DNA of 64,000 nt. Origin: an uncultured Pseudomonadales bacterium. GTDB taxonomy: Bacteria > Patescibacteriota > Microgenomatia > UBA1400 > PJMF01. The stretch covers positions 188,312 to 252,311 of the forward strand of contig CAZWWE010000001.1 in assembly GCA_964637295.1 (NCBI GenBank), in the 5' to 3' direction. The position numbers were made by a program, and so were the translations under genes. The notes under the pieces were generated by a model. The model had not been told where the DNA came from. It saw only the letters and a program-made list of their open reading frames with translations, and did no database searches. Of the stretch, positions 29,913 to 40,645 are shown piece by piece. Position 1 is the stretch's first letter. The number at the start of each line of letters is the position of its first letter.

Positions 29913-31208
29913 ATGCTTAATACACCAAAAGTTGCTGATATCAAAGAAAAAACCGTTTTGGTCAGAGTTGATTTCAATGTTCCTCTGAAAAAAATTGAAC
30001 AAAATGGCCAAGAAAAATACGTGGTCGCTGATGATCAGCGGATTAGAAACGCTTTGGAAACGATTCTTTTCCTCAAAGAACATGATGCCAAAATCATTTT
30101 GATTTCTCATTTGGGTCGACCGGATGGTAAAGTCGTCAAAAAATATAGTCTTGCGCCGATTGCTACTTATCTTAGACAAAATCTGGGCTTGGAAAATCAA
30201 TTTGTGACCGATTGCCTTGGTGAGAAAGTCGCTGCAAAAGCTGGCAAATTGAAAAAAGGAGAAATTTTACTATTAGAAAATTTACGTTTCCATGGAGAAG
30301 AAGAAGCCAATGATCAAGCTTTTGCCAAAAAAATTGTCAAAGACACTCAAGCAGAAGTTTTTATCAATGAAGCTTTTTCTGCTGCTCATCGCGCCCATGC
30401 CTCCGTAGTTGGTTTAGCAGAACTTTTGCCAAAGTTTGCCGGCTTTGACTTGGCTGCAGAAGTTAATATTCTCACTAAAATTCTGGAAAAAGCTCCTCGA
30501 CCGTTCGTGGTCGTTTTAGGTGGCGCCAAAATTGATGATAAAGTTAGTGCCGTAGAAAATTTGACTAAACTAGCAGATTTGGTGTTAGTTGGTGGTGGCT
30601 TAGCCAATGCTTTTCTCAAAGCGAGCGACATTGAGGTACATAAATCTTTCATGGGAAAAAATGCTGAAGCAAACGTCAAAATTGCCAAAAAAATTTTAAA
30701 TAAACATCAAAGTGAAAGAAGCATGGTTGACGTAACAACCACTGGAAAGGGTTTGCCCTTGCCCAAAGTGGTCATGCCCGTCGACGTTTTAGCAGCAAAA
30801 AATGCTGACATTAGCGATGAAAAAAATGTTGTGCGACTGGAATTGCTGAAAAATGTCAAAGATAGTTCAAATGATTTAGATCTTCAATACTTAGATATTG
30901 GTAAAGAAACCATCGCTCTATACAAATATCTTTTATCCAAAGCCAAAACCATTTTCTTTAATGGCCCGCTGGGGGTTTTTGAAAATCCTCTTTTTGCTAA
31001 AGGCAGCCGAGAAATTGCGAAAAATATTGCGAAAAATACGACTGATTATGGGGCTGTAACCATTTGCGGTGGCGGCGAAACCAATGCCGTCATTAATGCT
31101 TGTGGACTACGAGATCGTTTTACACATGTTTCCACAGCAGGCGGCGCTGCTTTGGAATTTTTGGGTGGAGAAAAGCTGCCAGGAATTGAAATTCTCAAAA
31201 AAGCTTAG
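29913..31208 (+). CDS. pgk: Phosphoglycerate kinase
   Basis: 431 aa carrying VRVDFNVPL, the Gly-rich loop GGAKIDDK and GGGA motifs. Confidence 0.95.
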   Translation: MLNTPKVADIKEKTVLVRVDFNVPLKKIEQNGQEKYVVADDQRIRNALETILFLKEHDAKIILISHLGRPDGKVVKKYSLAPIATYLRQNLGLENQFVTDCLGEKVAAKAGKLKKGEILLLENLRFHGEEEANDQAFAKKIVKDTQAEVFINEAFSAAHRAHASVVGLAELLPKFAGFDLAAEVNILTKILEKAPRPFVVVLGGAKIDDKVSAVENLTKLADLVLVGGGLANAFLKASDIEVHKSFMGKNAEANVKIAKKILNKHQSERSMVDVTTTGKGLPLPKVVMPVDVLAAKNADISDEKNVVRLELLKNVKDSSNDLDLQYLDIGKETIALYKYLLSKAKTIFFNGPLGVFENPLFAKGSREIAKNIAKNTTDYGAVTICGGGETNAVINACGLRDRFTHVSTAGGAALEFLGGEKLPGIEILKKA

Positions 31209-31255
31209 CGGCTCACGTATTTCCAGTTGGCAAACCTTATGCGACTCAATGTGAC

Positions 31256-33490
31256 TCAATTTTCTGCTTGAATTTTTTCTATCTTTGGCAAAAAGTCATA
31301 CCAAGTTGATAATTGCTGAAAATGCTCATAAATTACTAATAATTTTGCTTTTTGCATTTTGCTACTACTAAGATCAAATAAATCTTGCCATAAAAACCAA
31401 GAGAAGTTTTTTTCATGAACAAAAATGGCTTCTGCTAAATCAATAAACTCATCTAAACGGTTTTGCTCAAAAAGTTTAAGCAAAACTCGCTGATAAAGAG
31501 CCATGTAATCATAAAAATAAATACCCATCTCCGCTGGAACGAGATCTGGCCAAGTTTTTAAAAATTGAGTACTTTTTGCCAAATCTGGCTCTAATAAAAA
31601 ACTAGCTTGCAAATCGCTCATGATGTAAGGATTGAGCCACAAAGCAACTTGGTAATAATTAACCGCCAAGTGTAATTCATTGCTCACATAAGCTTGATTG
31701 GCTAAATTAAAAATTTGTTCGGCCAATTTTTTTTGTTGCCAATAATCAAAAAAACGCGTCTGATTAAGAAAATTATTCTCTTTGACAAGAGCTACTAATT
31801 TTTCTACCAAAGGCAAGGCCTCACTGGCTTGGTATTTTTCTAAATTTAAATAGCTTAAAAAACCCACTGGATCTAAATTGGCATATTGCAAAGTGATCAT
31901 TTTTTGATGATTTAAATCTAAATTTTCTACAAACAAAAATTTATAAATAAATTCTGCATCAGATGAATAATATGGATATAAAGTCTTAAAATCTTCTAAA
32001 AGCAAGCGGCGTTCACGTAATAAAGTGCGAATTGATTGATCTGCATAAGGTAAATGGCGAATGACCACTGCTTGCTGATTTTGCTTAATTAAAACTGCAG
32101 CGGCCAAATTATAAAGTAAAAGACAAATACTTAAAGCAAAAATTAAAAAGTAATAAATTTTAATGATTGGCCAAGTTGAGCTTTTGATTTCTTTGTTAGT
32201 AACCTGATTGGCCCCCATAATGATGGCTAAAAAAATTAAACTAAGACTAAAAATAGTAAAAAAATGCCAATCAAAATCAAATAGTGCATTTAGCAAAGAA
32301 AAAAATGCTCCTAACCAAAGAAATTTATAGAGAGGCCTTTGGTTTTGTTTGGCAAGCTGAAAAGTGCGATAAAAAATCATGAAAATCAAAATAATAAACA
32401 AAGCACCGACCAAAATACCTGTCTCTGCTAAATTATGCAAAAAAATGTTGTGTGCATAAGAAGTCAGGGCTTGACGCTGGTCAATAATGATGGGCCTACC
32501 AGCTGATTGAAAACCTTGCAAACCCACGCCAAAAAGCGGATGCTGCCTGAAAATTAACCAGGCTTTACGCCAATAAGCCAGGCGATCATTATCCCGCAAA
32601 GGCTGACAAACTTCCTTTTTAGCAATCACCAAAGGGCAAAAGTTGCTTGATTGATTTGCAAGAGGAATTGATAAAACTGAAAAAACAATCATGGAAGCTA
32701 ACACAAGAAATAGCAAACCTTTAAAAATTTGTTTCAAAAAAGCATGCTCCGTAAAGTGATAGAAACAATGGCGTTGTTTAAAGAAAATAATTAAAAATTG
32801 CAAAAAAGCCAAAAACAAAACTAAGCGCGCTAAGCTCAGCATTATGAGTAAATAAGATGAAAACAATAAAATAATCGTCAAAAATTTAATTTGCTGATCT
32901 GTGCTAATTCGCTTCTCTAGCTGAGGTAAAAATAATTGCCACCAAAAAATCGGTAACACTAATAACAAATAAGCAGCGTAATGATTGTGGCCATAGGTTC
33001 GCAAAAACAAATTCATTTTGGGAAACAAATCTGCGGGCGGTGGATAAAAAGTAAATCCTAAAACAATTAAATTTAAAACCAAAGTTAGAATAGATAGTTG
33101 ATAAAAAAAATATCTTTTTTGTAAAAAATGATTAGGAATGAGACTAAAAAAAACAAACAAAGCAAAAGCAAGCAAATAAAACAGCATTTTTTCCAGTGAT
33201 AAAGACAGATGAGAAGAAAAAAAGACATTTAGCACAAGTAAAATTGACCATAACCAAAGCAAAAAAAACACCACTCTATTTTGCTTGTTCATAGGATTGC
33301 TGACAGCAAAATAATTATTCAGCTTGAAAACTAAACTAAATAGCAATAAAAAACTTGCCCAAAGAGCAAATAAATAAAATTTGAGTTCACTTTCAATGAA
33401 AAAAAAAGACAACAAAAACAAAAAAAAGAAAGTAAAATGAAAAAATAGCTGCCACAGGCGCATGCGTTGACTAAGCTGATAAGTTATCAT
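31256..33490 (-). CDS. O-antigen-ligase-family (Wzy_C) membrane protein with a long C-terminal TPR-like soluble extension
   Basis: 744 aa with about 12 TM helices. The Wzy_C motif YAHNIFLHNLAETGILVG is present. The C-terminal roughly 300 aa are helical-repeat-like. Confidence 0.6.
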   Translation of the reverse strand: MITYQLSQRMRLWQLFFHFTFFFLFLLSFFFIESELKFYLFALWASFLLLFSLVFKLNNYFAVSNPMNKQNRVVFFLLWLWSILLVLNVFFSSHLSLSLEKMLFYLLAFALFVFFSLIPNHFLQKRYFFYQLSILTLVLNLIVLGFTFYPPPADLFPKMNLFLRTYGHNHYAAYLLLVLPIFWWQLFLPQLEKRISTDQQIKFLTIILLFSSYLLIMLSLARLVLFLAFLQFLIIFFKQRHCFYHFTEHAFLKQIFKGLLFLVLASMIVFSVLSIPLANQSSNFCPLVIAKKEVCQPLRDNDRLAYWRKAWLIFRQHPLFGVGLQGFQSAGRPIIIDQRQALTSYAHNIFLHNLAETGILVGALFIILIFMIFYRTFQLAKQNQRPLYKFLWLGAFFSLLNALFDFDWHFFTIFSLSLIFLAIIMGANQVTNKEIKSSTWPIIKIYYFLIFALSICLLLYNLAAAVLIKQNQQAVVIRHLPYADQSIRTLLRERRLLLEDFKTLYPYYSSDAEFIYKFLFVENLDLNHQKMITLQYANLDPVGFLSYLNLEKYQASEALPLVEKLVALVKENNFLNQTRFFDYWQQKKLAEQIFNLANQAYVSNELHLAVNYYQVALWLNPYIMSDLQASFLLEPDLAKSTQFLKTWPDLVPAEMGIYFYDYMALYQRVLLKLFEQNRLDEFIDLAEAIFVHEKNFSWFLWQDLFDLSSSKMQKAKLLVIYEHFQQLSTWYDFLPKIEKIQAEN

Positions 33491-33502
33491 AAGCTAGGAT
33501 CA

Positions 33503-34630
33503 ATGATTTTAGTCAATCGAGTTAAAACTCCACTCAAAGCTAAAAAATATATATTAGATTGTCTTCATTCTACTTGGATTTCCGGTCAAGGCAAATACGT
33601 AGATTTATTTGAAGAAAAATTTGCAAAATATGTCGGTAAAAAATATGCTGTTGCCACTAATTCTGGAACCAGCGCTCTGCACTTAGCTCTTATGGCTTTA
33701 AATATTGGCGAAGGCGATGAGGTGATTTTGCCTGCTCTAACCATCGGTGCTTGTTATTTTGCCATTTGGCAAACTGGAGCTAAAGCGGTGCCGGTTGATG
33801 TCGATCCTAAAACCTACAATATCGATCCCGACTTAATTGAAAAAGCAATTACTAATAAAACCAAAGCAATCATGCTTGTCCATCTTTATGGCCAAGCATG
33901 CGACATGGATAGAATATTAAAAATAGCCAAAAAAAACCGTTTACTGATTATTGAAGATGCGGCAGAAGCTCACGGAGCAACTTACAAAGGAAAAAAGCTT
34001 GGCTCTTTTGGAGATCTCGCCTGCTTTAGCTTTTATGCTAATAAATTAATTACAACTGGCGAAGGAGGCGCAGTTCTGACCAATAATGAACGACTTGTTC
34101 AAAAAATGCGAGATTTGAAAAACCTCAATTTCGTTAAAAATAAGCGCTTTATTCACCAAGGCATTGGCTACAAATATGAAATGAGTAATCTAGAAGCCGC
34201 TTTGGGCCTAGCTTCTTTAGAAGAAGCTGATAAATCTCTCCACTTCAAACACAGAATGGCCAACTTTTACAATCAAGAACTGGCTGATATTCCTGGAATT
34301 GTTATTCCGCACCAAGATCAACAAGCAATTTCAAGTTACTGGATGTATGCCATTTTAATTAAAAAAGATAAGTTTGGCTTAAACAAAGATCAACTAAGGC
34401 AAATTCTGGATCAAGATTTTAACATTCAAACTAGAGAGTTTTTTTATCCTCCACAATTAGCCTTCAAGAAAATGGGGCTTTATCAGGGAAAAAAATTCCC
34501 TGTAGCTTCAAGATTAAATCAAGAAGGTCTTTATTTACCTTCTGGACTGGGCAATACTATGAAAGAATTCAAACAAGTCGTAACTGCTATCAAAAAGATT
34601 CATGAGCATGCTAGAAGAAAAATATCTTAA
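33503..34630 (+). CDS. DegT/DnrJ/EryC1/StrS-family PLP-dependent sugar aminotransferase
   Basis: The ORF starts at 33467. The likely start is MILVNRV at 33503. It carries the NSGTSALHLAL motif and an AHG/K-containing PLP region. Confidence 0.8.
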   Translation: MILVNRVKTPLKAKKYILDCLHSTWISGQGKYVDLFEEKFAKYVGKKYAVATNSGTSALHLALMALNIGEGDEVILPALTIGACYFAIWQTGAKAVPVDVDPKTYNIDPDLIEKAITNKTKAIMLVHLYGQACDMDRILKIAKKNRLLIIEDAAEAHGATYKGKKLGSFGDLACFSFYANKLITTGEGGAVLTNNERLVQKMRDLKNLNFVKNKRFIHQGIGYKYEMSNLEAALGLASLEEADKSLHFKHRMANFYNQELADIPGIVIPHQDQQAISSYWMYAILIKKDKFGLNKDQLRQILDQDFNIQTREFFYPPQLAFKKMGLYQGKKFPVASRLNQEGLYLPSGLGNTMKEFKQVVTAIKKIHEHARRKIS

Positions 34631-35021
34631 AAGAATTTTTTATCGAAAAAAAGAAATTGCCTTTATTATCAGGGCTAATCACCCAATAGAATCAGTTGCT
34701 TTTTTTTCACCAAATGAAGATTTTCTGCAAGTGGGTTATCATAAAAAACAAAACGGAACTAAATTAAAGGCGCATTATCACCAATTCAAAGGTCATCAAA
34801 TAAATAGCCTACAAGAAGTGCTTTATATCGTCAAAGGAAAAGTTAGGGTCGACTTTTTCACCAAAAAAGGTAAAAAAATCCAATCGGAAACTCTAGAAAA
34901 AGGCGACATTCTTTTTCAAAGAGATCTTGGCCATGGCTTTGAGCTTTTGGAAGATGCTGAAATTTTTGAGGTCAAACAAGGACCTTTTTTTGGCCAAGAA
35001 CACAAGCGATTTTACGATTGA
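34602..35021 (+). CDS. Cupin-domain protein (WxcM-like)
   Basis: 139 aa with the H/H/E/H motifs of a cupin beta-barrel. It overlaps the end of the aminotransferase gene. Confidence 0.5.
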   Translation: MSMLEEKYLKRIFYRKKEIAFIIRANHPIESVAFFSPNEDFLQVGYHKKQNGTKLKAHYHQFKGHQINSLQEVLYIVKGKVRVDFFTKKGKKIQSETLEKGDILFQRDLGHGFELLEDAEIFEVKQGPFFGQEHKRFYD

Positions 35022-35722
35022 AATCTTAATTGCAAAGCAACTTTCAAATAACTAAAACACATCTGTAATAATTTTGACTTACTTGTTCCATATTGTCTTT
35101 TGCGATAAAAAACAGGCAATTCACCCATTTTAAAATTCAGCTTTTTAGCCCAATAGACCAAGCGCAAATGATACTCTCCATAACCTATAAATATTTCATC
35201 AAGCGGCATTTTTCGCAAAACACTCGATTTGATCGCATAATAACCACTAGCATTGTCAGTCGATGGAAAAGCAAAAAATATTCTTAAAAATTGATTGAAA
35301 AGTTTAGTCAAAAAAAATCTCCACTGATCTTCCATACCTCCACCTTTAATAAATCTTGAAGCTATCACTAGATTTAGTTTTTGATTTTTTAGTTTATTGA
35401 CCAGCTGCTTAATAATTTTCGGGTCGTGATTAAAATCAGCATCCATGCCAACAATAACTTGTCCCCTTGCTTGTTTTAGACCAAACAGAATTGAGCGCGA
35501 CAATCCCCTGGGTGGAAGGTTTTGTAAAAACTTAACTCGCTTGTTTGCAGCGCTTTTTTTCTTCATCAGTTCAATCGTGCCATCAACACTCTTGTCATCG
35601 ACAACAATAATCTCAAAATTTGTAGTTACAAGTTCTTTGCTTAAAACATCAACCAGACGACCAATATTTTGTTTTTCATTGTAGGTAGGAATGATTATGC
35701 TAGTTAATATGGAATTTGACAC
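35012..35722 (-). CDS. GT2 glycosyltransferase (dolichol/polyprenol-phosphate sugar synthase-like)
   Basis: IIIPTYNEKQNI, the VVDDKS (DxD) motif and VIVGMDAD are present. Confidence 0.8.
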   Translation of the reverse strand: MSNSILTSIIIPTYNEKQNIGRLVDVLSKELVTTNFEIIVVDDKSVDGTIELMKKKSAANKRVKFLQNLPPRGLSRSILFGLKQARGQVIVGMDADFNHDPKIIKQLVNKLKNQKLNLVIASRFIKGGGMEDQWRFFLTKLFNQFLRIFFAFPSTDNASGYYAIKSSVLRKMPLDEIFIGYGEYHLRLVYWAKKLNFKMGELPVFYRKRQYGTSKSKLLQMCFSYLKVALQLRFQS

Positions 35723-35726
35723 AATG

Positions 35727-36455
35727 TTATTTTCTTTTAGCTAAAATTATCACACTGGATCCAATTGGTAAATTAATGTTTTTCTCTATAAGAAACAGGT
35801 CTATCTTAGCGAGAAATAATAATAAAGAATTCAACACTGGATTGATTTTGCCAACAGTTTTTATTTTTTTGGGCTTAAATGTCTTCAAAAACATTCTTTG
35901 TAATACAAAAAGAGGAAAAGTGGCAAAATAAAGATAGGTAGAACGGATAATTTTAAAGTCATGAATTGCTAATAAATTCTCCAGCTCCTTTTTTCTAAAT
36001 CTTTTCTTCGCCATCATTTGCTCATCGTGCACACTCCAAAAAAAAGGTAAGGCACAGTCAGTGATTAAGAGATACCCATTTTTCTTTAATAAACGACTCG
36101 CTTCTCTTAAAACTGCTTTTTCATCAACTTTCTTATGATATAAAACATCAAAAACAGTAATTAAATCAAAATTTTTTTCATTCACTGGAATTTTGTTGAT
36201 TGAAGATTGGATAACTTGCAGTTTTCTTTGTTTGCAAAAATCAACAGCCCTGCTGTTCTGTTCCACTCCAGTTACCTTGCTCCACTGCTCTAAAAATTGA
36301 GTCATGCCTCCAGTGCCACAGCCGAGATCTAAAATCTTATTTTCTTTACTCAACTTAATTTTTTTTAAAAAAATTGCAATAAACAATCTTTTGGCAACAA
36401 ACCACCAATGAGCGGTTTCGGCTTGAAACATAGATTGATATTGAGATTGTTGCAT
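35727..36455 (-). CDS. Class I SAM-dependent methyltransferase
   Basis: ILDLGCGTGG motif I. Confidence 0.8.
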   Translation of the reverse strand: MQQSQYQSMFQAETAHWWFVAKRLFIAIFLKKIKLSKENKILDLGCGTGGMTQFLEQWSKVTGVEQNSRAVDFCKQRKLQVIQSSINKIPVNEKNFDLITVFDVLYHKKVDEKAVLREASRLLKKNGYLLITDCALPFFWSVHDEQMMAKKRFRKKELENLLAIHDFKIIRSTYLYFATFPLFVLQRMFLKTFKPKKIKTVGKINPVLNSLLLFLAKIDLFLIEKNINLPIGSSVIILAKRK

Positions 36456-36457
36456 TT

Positions 36458-38101
36458 TTAGAAATCGTTCTGTTTTTTTAGCAGATAAATTTTTATTTCT
36501 GAAATATCATCATGGGTATTTAAGCTGCTTGATTTGATTACAAAAAATTGATAATCAATTTTAAGTTTAAATTTATCCCCAAAAGAATACATGCTTTGCA
36601 AAAACCTGCTTATACATTCCTCATCATATTCTCTGCATATTAGAAAATAATATTTTGCATCCAAATAATTTAGTTGACCTCCGTAGTTTAAAGTGTGCTG
36701 ATAATTGTCAACAAGCAAATTTGCCTCATAAAATACTTTATTAACAAAATGGTCAATTCTTTCTGCCATCCACTTTCTATACCACAGATAATTACCGGGA
36801 TCAGTTAAATAATTTTCATTTTGATAAGCGATATCATTAAAAATGTAAACTTTGTCTATAGAAATAAGATTCTGTTTGATTTCATTTACTATCGAGTTGG
36901 CTATTTTTTCATAAACAAATGATGAGTCAACATTTTTTATTGAACAAAAATTTGAACTATCTTTAAGATTGATTATCAAAAAAAATATAAAAAAGGTGAG
37001 CATGATTATGTAAGAAAAAAATTTTAAAATTGAAGGCTTAAGATTAATAACCGTAGATAAATTTATTGCTAATAAAATAAAAAATAAAATACTCAAAACA
37101 TCTATTCTTTGAAGAGAATAAAAACTTTGACTTTTTAAAAAAATAAGGATAATAAAAATCCAAAAAAATACTAGTGGCGTGGTGAATATTTTGACATAAT
37201 CATTTTGAATATTTCTATTAAATGAATTGCTTGCTATTAAAAAAAGAACAAATATTAAAAAAATAAACTCAATAATTTTTGACTCTGTTGTAAAAAATAA
37301 TGACAAAAAAAGTTGAAAGTTTGTATAAAAATGAGTCGCCAAATCTAAAGAAGATGATTTATTTAATTCGACAACAGTAAAAAATGTTTTGAAAGATTGA
37401 AAATGATTGTTAATTTCAAAAATAATTTGAGGCAAATAAATAATTATGAAAAAACAAAATAAAGAAAAAAAAGTATAAAAAATATTGATTAAAAAATTCT
37501 TTTGGTTTCTATTAAAAAAAATAAATGATCCATAAGCAATTGTTGGTAAAAAGATAATTGGAGATGGATAAATTGATAAAGAAAAGAAAAAAAACCAATG
37601 GCTTAAAAACAAATAAAGAATTGCCTTTTTTTTTAAAGCTAAAACTAAAAAGAAAAGAGAAACTGTTAAAAATAAAAATAGTGGATGTGGGTGCCAAATG
37701 GTTCTGCTAACAACGATCGAATACTTCCAAACACTAAACATCACAAAAAATAAAACTGCAATTCTTTTATCATTAGTTATTAAATAAATAAGTAGAGCTA
37801 AAAAAAATATCGTTAACAACCCAAAAATTGCAAAACCTAAAGAAATAATCCCGATTTGACCATTTCCTAGAAAATAAAGCAAAGAGATTAAATAAAGATA
37901 AGTAGGTGGAATAAATAATCCGGGTTGGCTTAGCGCTGGACCAATCAATGGCATTCTTTTTGTTAAATTGATTAATCTTGCAGCTTCTAATTCGTAGCCA
38001 GAGTCTGGTTCTAAATAAGAAAATTTTAAATCAAATAATCTAAAATATGATGCAATACAAACCAAGATCACGCTTAAGAAAAATATAAATGCTTTTTTCA
38101 T
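36458..38101 (-). CDS. GT-C-fold membrane glycosyltransferase (ArnT/PMT-like, GT39/GT83-like)
   Basis: 547 aa, polytopic and extremely F/I/L-rich. The N-terminal region has a DxD-like loop after TM1 and a C-terminal soluble domain. Confidence 0.5.
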   Translation of the reverse strand: MKKAFIFFLSVILVCIASYFRLFDLKFSYLEPDSGYELEAARLINLTKRMPLIGPALSQPGLFIPPTYLYLISLLYFLGNGQIGIISLGFAIFGLLTIFFLALLIYLITNDKRIAVLFFVMFSVWKYSIVVSRTIWHPHPLFLFLTVSLFFLVLALKKKAILYLFLSHWFFFFSLSIYPSPIIFLPTIAYGSFIFFNRNQKNFLINIFYTFFSLFCFFIIIYLPQIIFEINNHFQSFKTFFTVVELNKSSSLDLATHFYTNFQLFLSLFFTTESKIIEFIFLIFVLFLIASNSFNRNIQNDYVKIFTTPLVFFWIFIILIFLKSQSFYSLQRIDVLSILFFILLAINLSTVINLKPSILKFFSYIIMLTFFIFFLIINLKDSSNFCSIKNVDSSFVYEKIANSIVNEIKQNLISIDKVYIFNDIAYQNENYLTDPGNYLWYRKWMAERIDHFVNKVFYEANLLVDNYQHTLNYGGQLNYLDAKYYFLICREYDEECISRFLQSMYSFGDKFKLKIDYQFFVIKSSSLNTHDDISEIKIYLLKKQNDF

Positions 38102-39537
38102 TTATTTTTATTTAATAAATAAAGATTTTGATTGTCATGACTAGATTTGAGAAAAGCGTCATATCCCATTTCCTGAATTTGGAATAAATCTTGATAAACT
38201 ACTTTTCTGTCAACTGAAAACTGATCTAACAAATAAATATTATCACACTCATAATTACTTTCGTTTCTTAAAAAAGAATCTGTGTCAAGTATTTTTACAA
38301 CACTTCCTAGAAAATATTTTGCTTGCAAGTAATTCCAGCTTGGAATAGTAAACAAACAGCTATTGCTTGGAAAACTAAATTCATAAAAAAATGAAATAGG
38401 GTGCTTCGTATAATTAAAAACTGAGTAGATTTTTTTTGTGTCTAACAACATAAAATACAAAGGAAATTGTGAAATTTGAATGACAATAAAAAGGGAAAAA
38501 ACTAAATTAGAAAATTTATTTTTTTCTGTAAAAAAAAGAGTAATTATTATATAAAATGGTATTAAGATTGGAAAAGAAGTTCTGGGATAAAACAATCTAT
38601 TTCCGGTTATCTTTGACAGGATAACAAAAAATATCAAAGATAGTGTCGTGGAAAACAAAAGAGATTTGGTAAGACTTTGGTTTTTACTGCAGAACATTGA
38701 ATGACACATAATAAAAAATAAAACTATAAAAAATGGAATTATGAATGAATTATATGTTTTTTCTGGCGTATAAACCATTAACATACCAAAATAATTAGCA
38801 AATAATTCAAAAAAATTAAAAATATTTACATCTGGAGCCCACTGGTTGCCTATTATTGTTATTGCGACATTTTTAAAAAATGTTGGTAAAAACCAACAAA
38901 TGCCAAAAAAGAATATCAAAAAAAATTGCATAAATATTTTGAGACTAGAAAAATTTTTTTTGTATAATAAATAAGTTAATGGCCAAATTGGAATCAACCA
39001 AACTGAACTATAACTAGTAAAAAACAATAAAATAGCGAACAAAGACAAAAATAAAACATTCGCAAATTTTATTTTTAAATTATTTTTAAGAATAAAGAAC
39101 CAGTAAAATGAATAAATGATTGAAAAAGAAATGGTCAATCCAAACATTCTGTGTTGAAAGCTTAAATGAACGATAGAAATATTGCTAAACAAAAGAAGAA
39201 AAAAAGCAATTAGAAAAGAATAATTTTCTTTTCTGTAAAATAGATATATGCAAATTATCGTAATGAATAACAGCATTACCTGAATTAACCTATAGTAAAA
39301 AATTCCATTGTTAATGCCTAAGAATGCTGTTGGGGCTTCCATAATAAGATACCAAATCATTGGATGAGCTGGATCTGGACATTGGAGCAATTCTTTTAGA
39401 GAAAAACTTTGATTAAAATCAATAGCCAAAATTTCATCTTCCAAAGCATCATATTGTAAATGAGCAAAATACCTTGGCACAAAGAATAGTAATGATAAAA
39501 TCATTAATATTAAAGTTTCTCGCCAATTCTTTTTCAT
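38098..39537 (-). CDS. Polytopic membrane protein, possibly a second GT-C-like transferase
   Basis: 479 aa with at least 10 TM helices. It is coupled to the upstream GT-C gene with a 4-nt overlap. Confidence 0.4.
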   Translation of the reverse strand: MKKNWRETLILMILSLLFFVPRYFAHLQYDALEDEILAIDFNQSFSLKELLQCPDPAHPMIWYLIMEAPTAFLGINNGIFYYRLIQVMLLFITIICIYLFYRKENYSFLIAFFLLLFSNISIVHLSFQHRMFGLTISFSIIYSFYWFFILKNNLKIKFANVLFLSLFAILLFFTSYSSVWLIPIWPLTYLLYKKNFSSLKIFMQFFLIFFFGICWFLPTFFKNVAITIIGNQWAPDVNIFNFFELFANYFGMLMVYTPEKTYNSFIIPFFIVLFFIMCHSMFCSKNQSLTKSLLFSTTLSLIFFVILSKITGNRLFYPRTSFPILIPFYIIITLFFTEKNKFSNLVFSLFIVIQISQFPLYFMLLDTKKIYSVFNYTKHPISFFYEFSFPSNSCLFTIPSWNYLQAKYFLGSVVKILDTDSFLRNESNYECDNIYLLDQFSVDRKVVYQDLFQIQEMGYDAFLKSSHDNQNLYLLNKNK

Positions 39538-40619
39538 TTTTGATCCAACAAATTTTTACTTATCTCATCAATTTTCATTTTCCAAGTATTTGCATTGGCT
39601 ATTTTTTTTTGAAAAAGTTGTTGTTCAATAGTCAAAGGACGATTTAAAAAAGCATTAATTGCTTTTGAAAATTCTGCAGCAGTTTTTGCAATGCTAATAA
39701 ATTCAGGGAACTTTTTCAGTTCTTCGATTTCTGTGCTTATCACAGGCTTACCAGCGTAAAAATATTCAAATGTTTTCATTGGATAGCAGTAACGATTGAA
39801 TAAATATCTATCATTGTAAGGAATAATACAAACATCAAATTGTTCGATGATGTCAAACATTTCCTGGCGTGGCTGTTTATCAATATGAAAAAAATTTTTA
39901 TGAAAAAACAGTTGATTAATTTTTGTTTCTTCCCCTTCGAAAGAAACGTTTGATTCATGATGCTTGGGACCAACAAAAATAAAATTCCACTGTTGATTAT
40001 TAGCTATTAATTCCAAAAGCAGATCGAAATCTAGCCTCTGGCTCATTTGTCCAACAAAACCAATTACTGGCCTAACTTTTGGCAAATTAAGAGCCGATTT
40101 TTTTCTATCTAAAGTAAAACTAGCCAAATCAAATCCTTGTGGTACGACTCTGATTTCAGTTTTAGCATCTTTTTGATAAAGCTTTTTTAATGTCTTAGAA
40201 ATAGAAAAAACATAATCTGCTTTACTAAGTAAATATTTTTTTTGCATTTGTAAAAGCTTATGTTCTACCAAAATTGGCGAGTCATGATAATCAACTACAT
40301 CAAAAATTGCTTGCCACCACGGTAATTTAAATTTGATTGCTGTAACAAGCTGAGGGAAAAACATCCAGAAATAATATTTTCTTCCTTTTTTAAAAAATTT
40401 GATTGTTAAATAAAACTGCAAGTATAAGAAGTAAATTGCTTTATTTAATTGGTCAATTATTTTATATCTACTAAAAGGAATTAAATTAATCGGATTATAG
40501 TAATTAATTACAAAAACATCGTTATTTTTTGCTAAACAATTTTTTGTTTGCCACAAAAAATCACAAACCTGCTCCTCACTAGAAATATTTGGGATAATAA
40601 TGACTGCGTTTTTTAACAT
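39534..40619 (-). CDS. GT-B glycosyltransferase (GT4-like)
   Basis: The C-terminal motif FDVCIIPYND...CYPMKTFEYFYAGKPVISTEIEEL is present. It is a paralogue of the 46730 gene. Confidence 0.6.
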   Translation of the reverse strand: MLKNAVIIIPNISSEEQVCDFLWQTKNCLAKNNDVFVINYYNPINLIPFSRYKIIDQLNKAIYFLYLQFYLTIKFFKKGRKYYFWMFFPQLVTAIKFKLPWWQAIFDVVDYHDSPILVEHKLLQMQKKYLLSKADYVFSISKTLKKLYQKDAKTEIRVVPQGFDLASFTLDRKKSALNLPKVRPVIGFVGQMSQRLDFDLLLELIANNQQWNFIFVGPKHHESNVSFEGEETKINQLFFHKNFFHIDKQPRQEMFDIIEQFDVCIIPYNDRYLFNRYCYPMKTFEYFYAGKPVISTEIEELKKFPEFISIAKTAAEFSKAINAFLNRPLTIEQQLFQKKIANANTWKMKIDEISKNLLDQK

Positions 40620-40645
40620 TTCCTAGTTTATAATAACCCATAATA

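Noticed and set aside
29741-30200. Minus-strand ORFs at 29741..29977 and 29841..30200, overlapping the rpsA/pgk divergent region and the pgk 5' end.
   Set aside because: They overlap the strongly supported pgk start, have a biased low-complexity composition (F/I-rich) and have no support. They are likely spurious.
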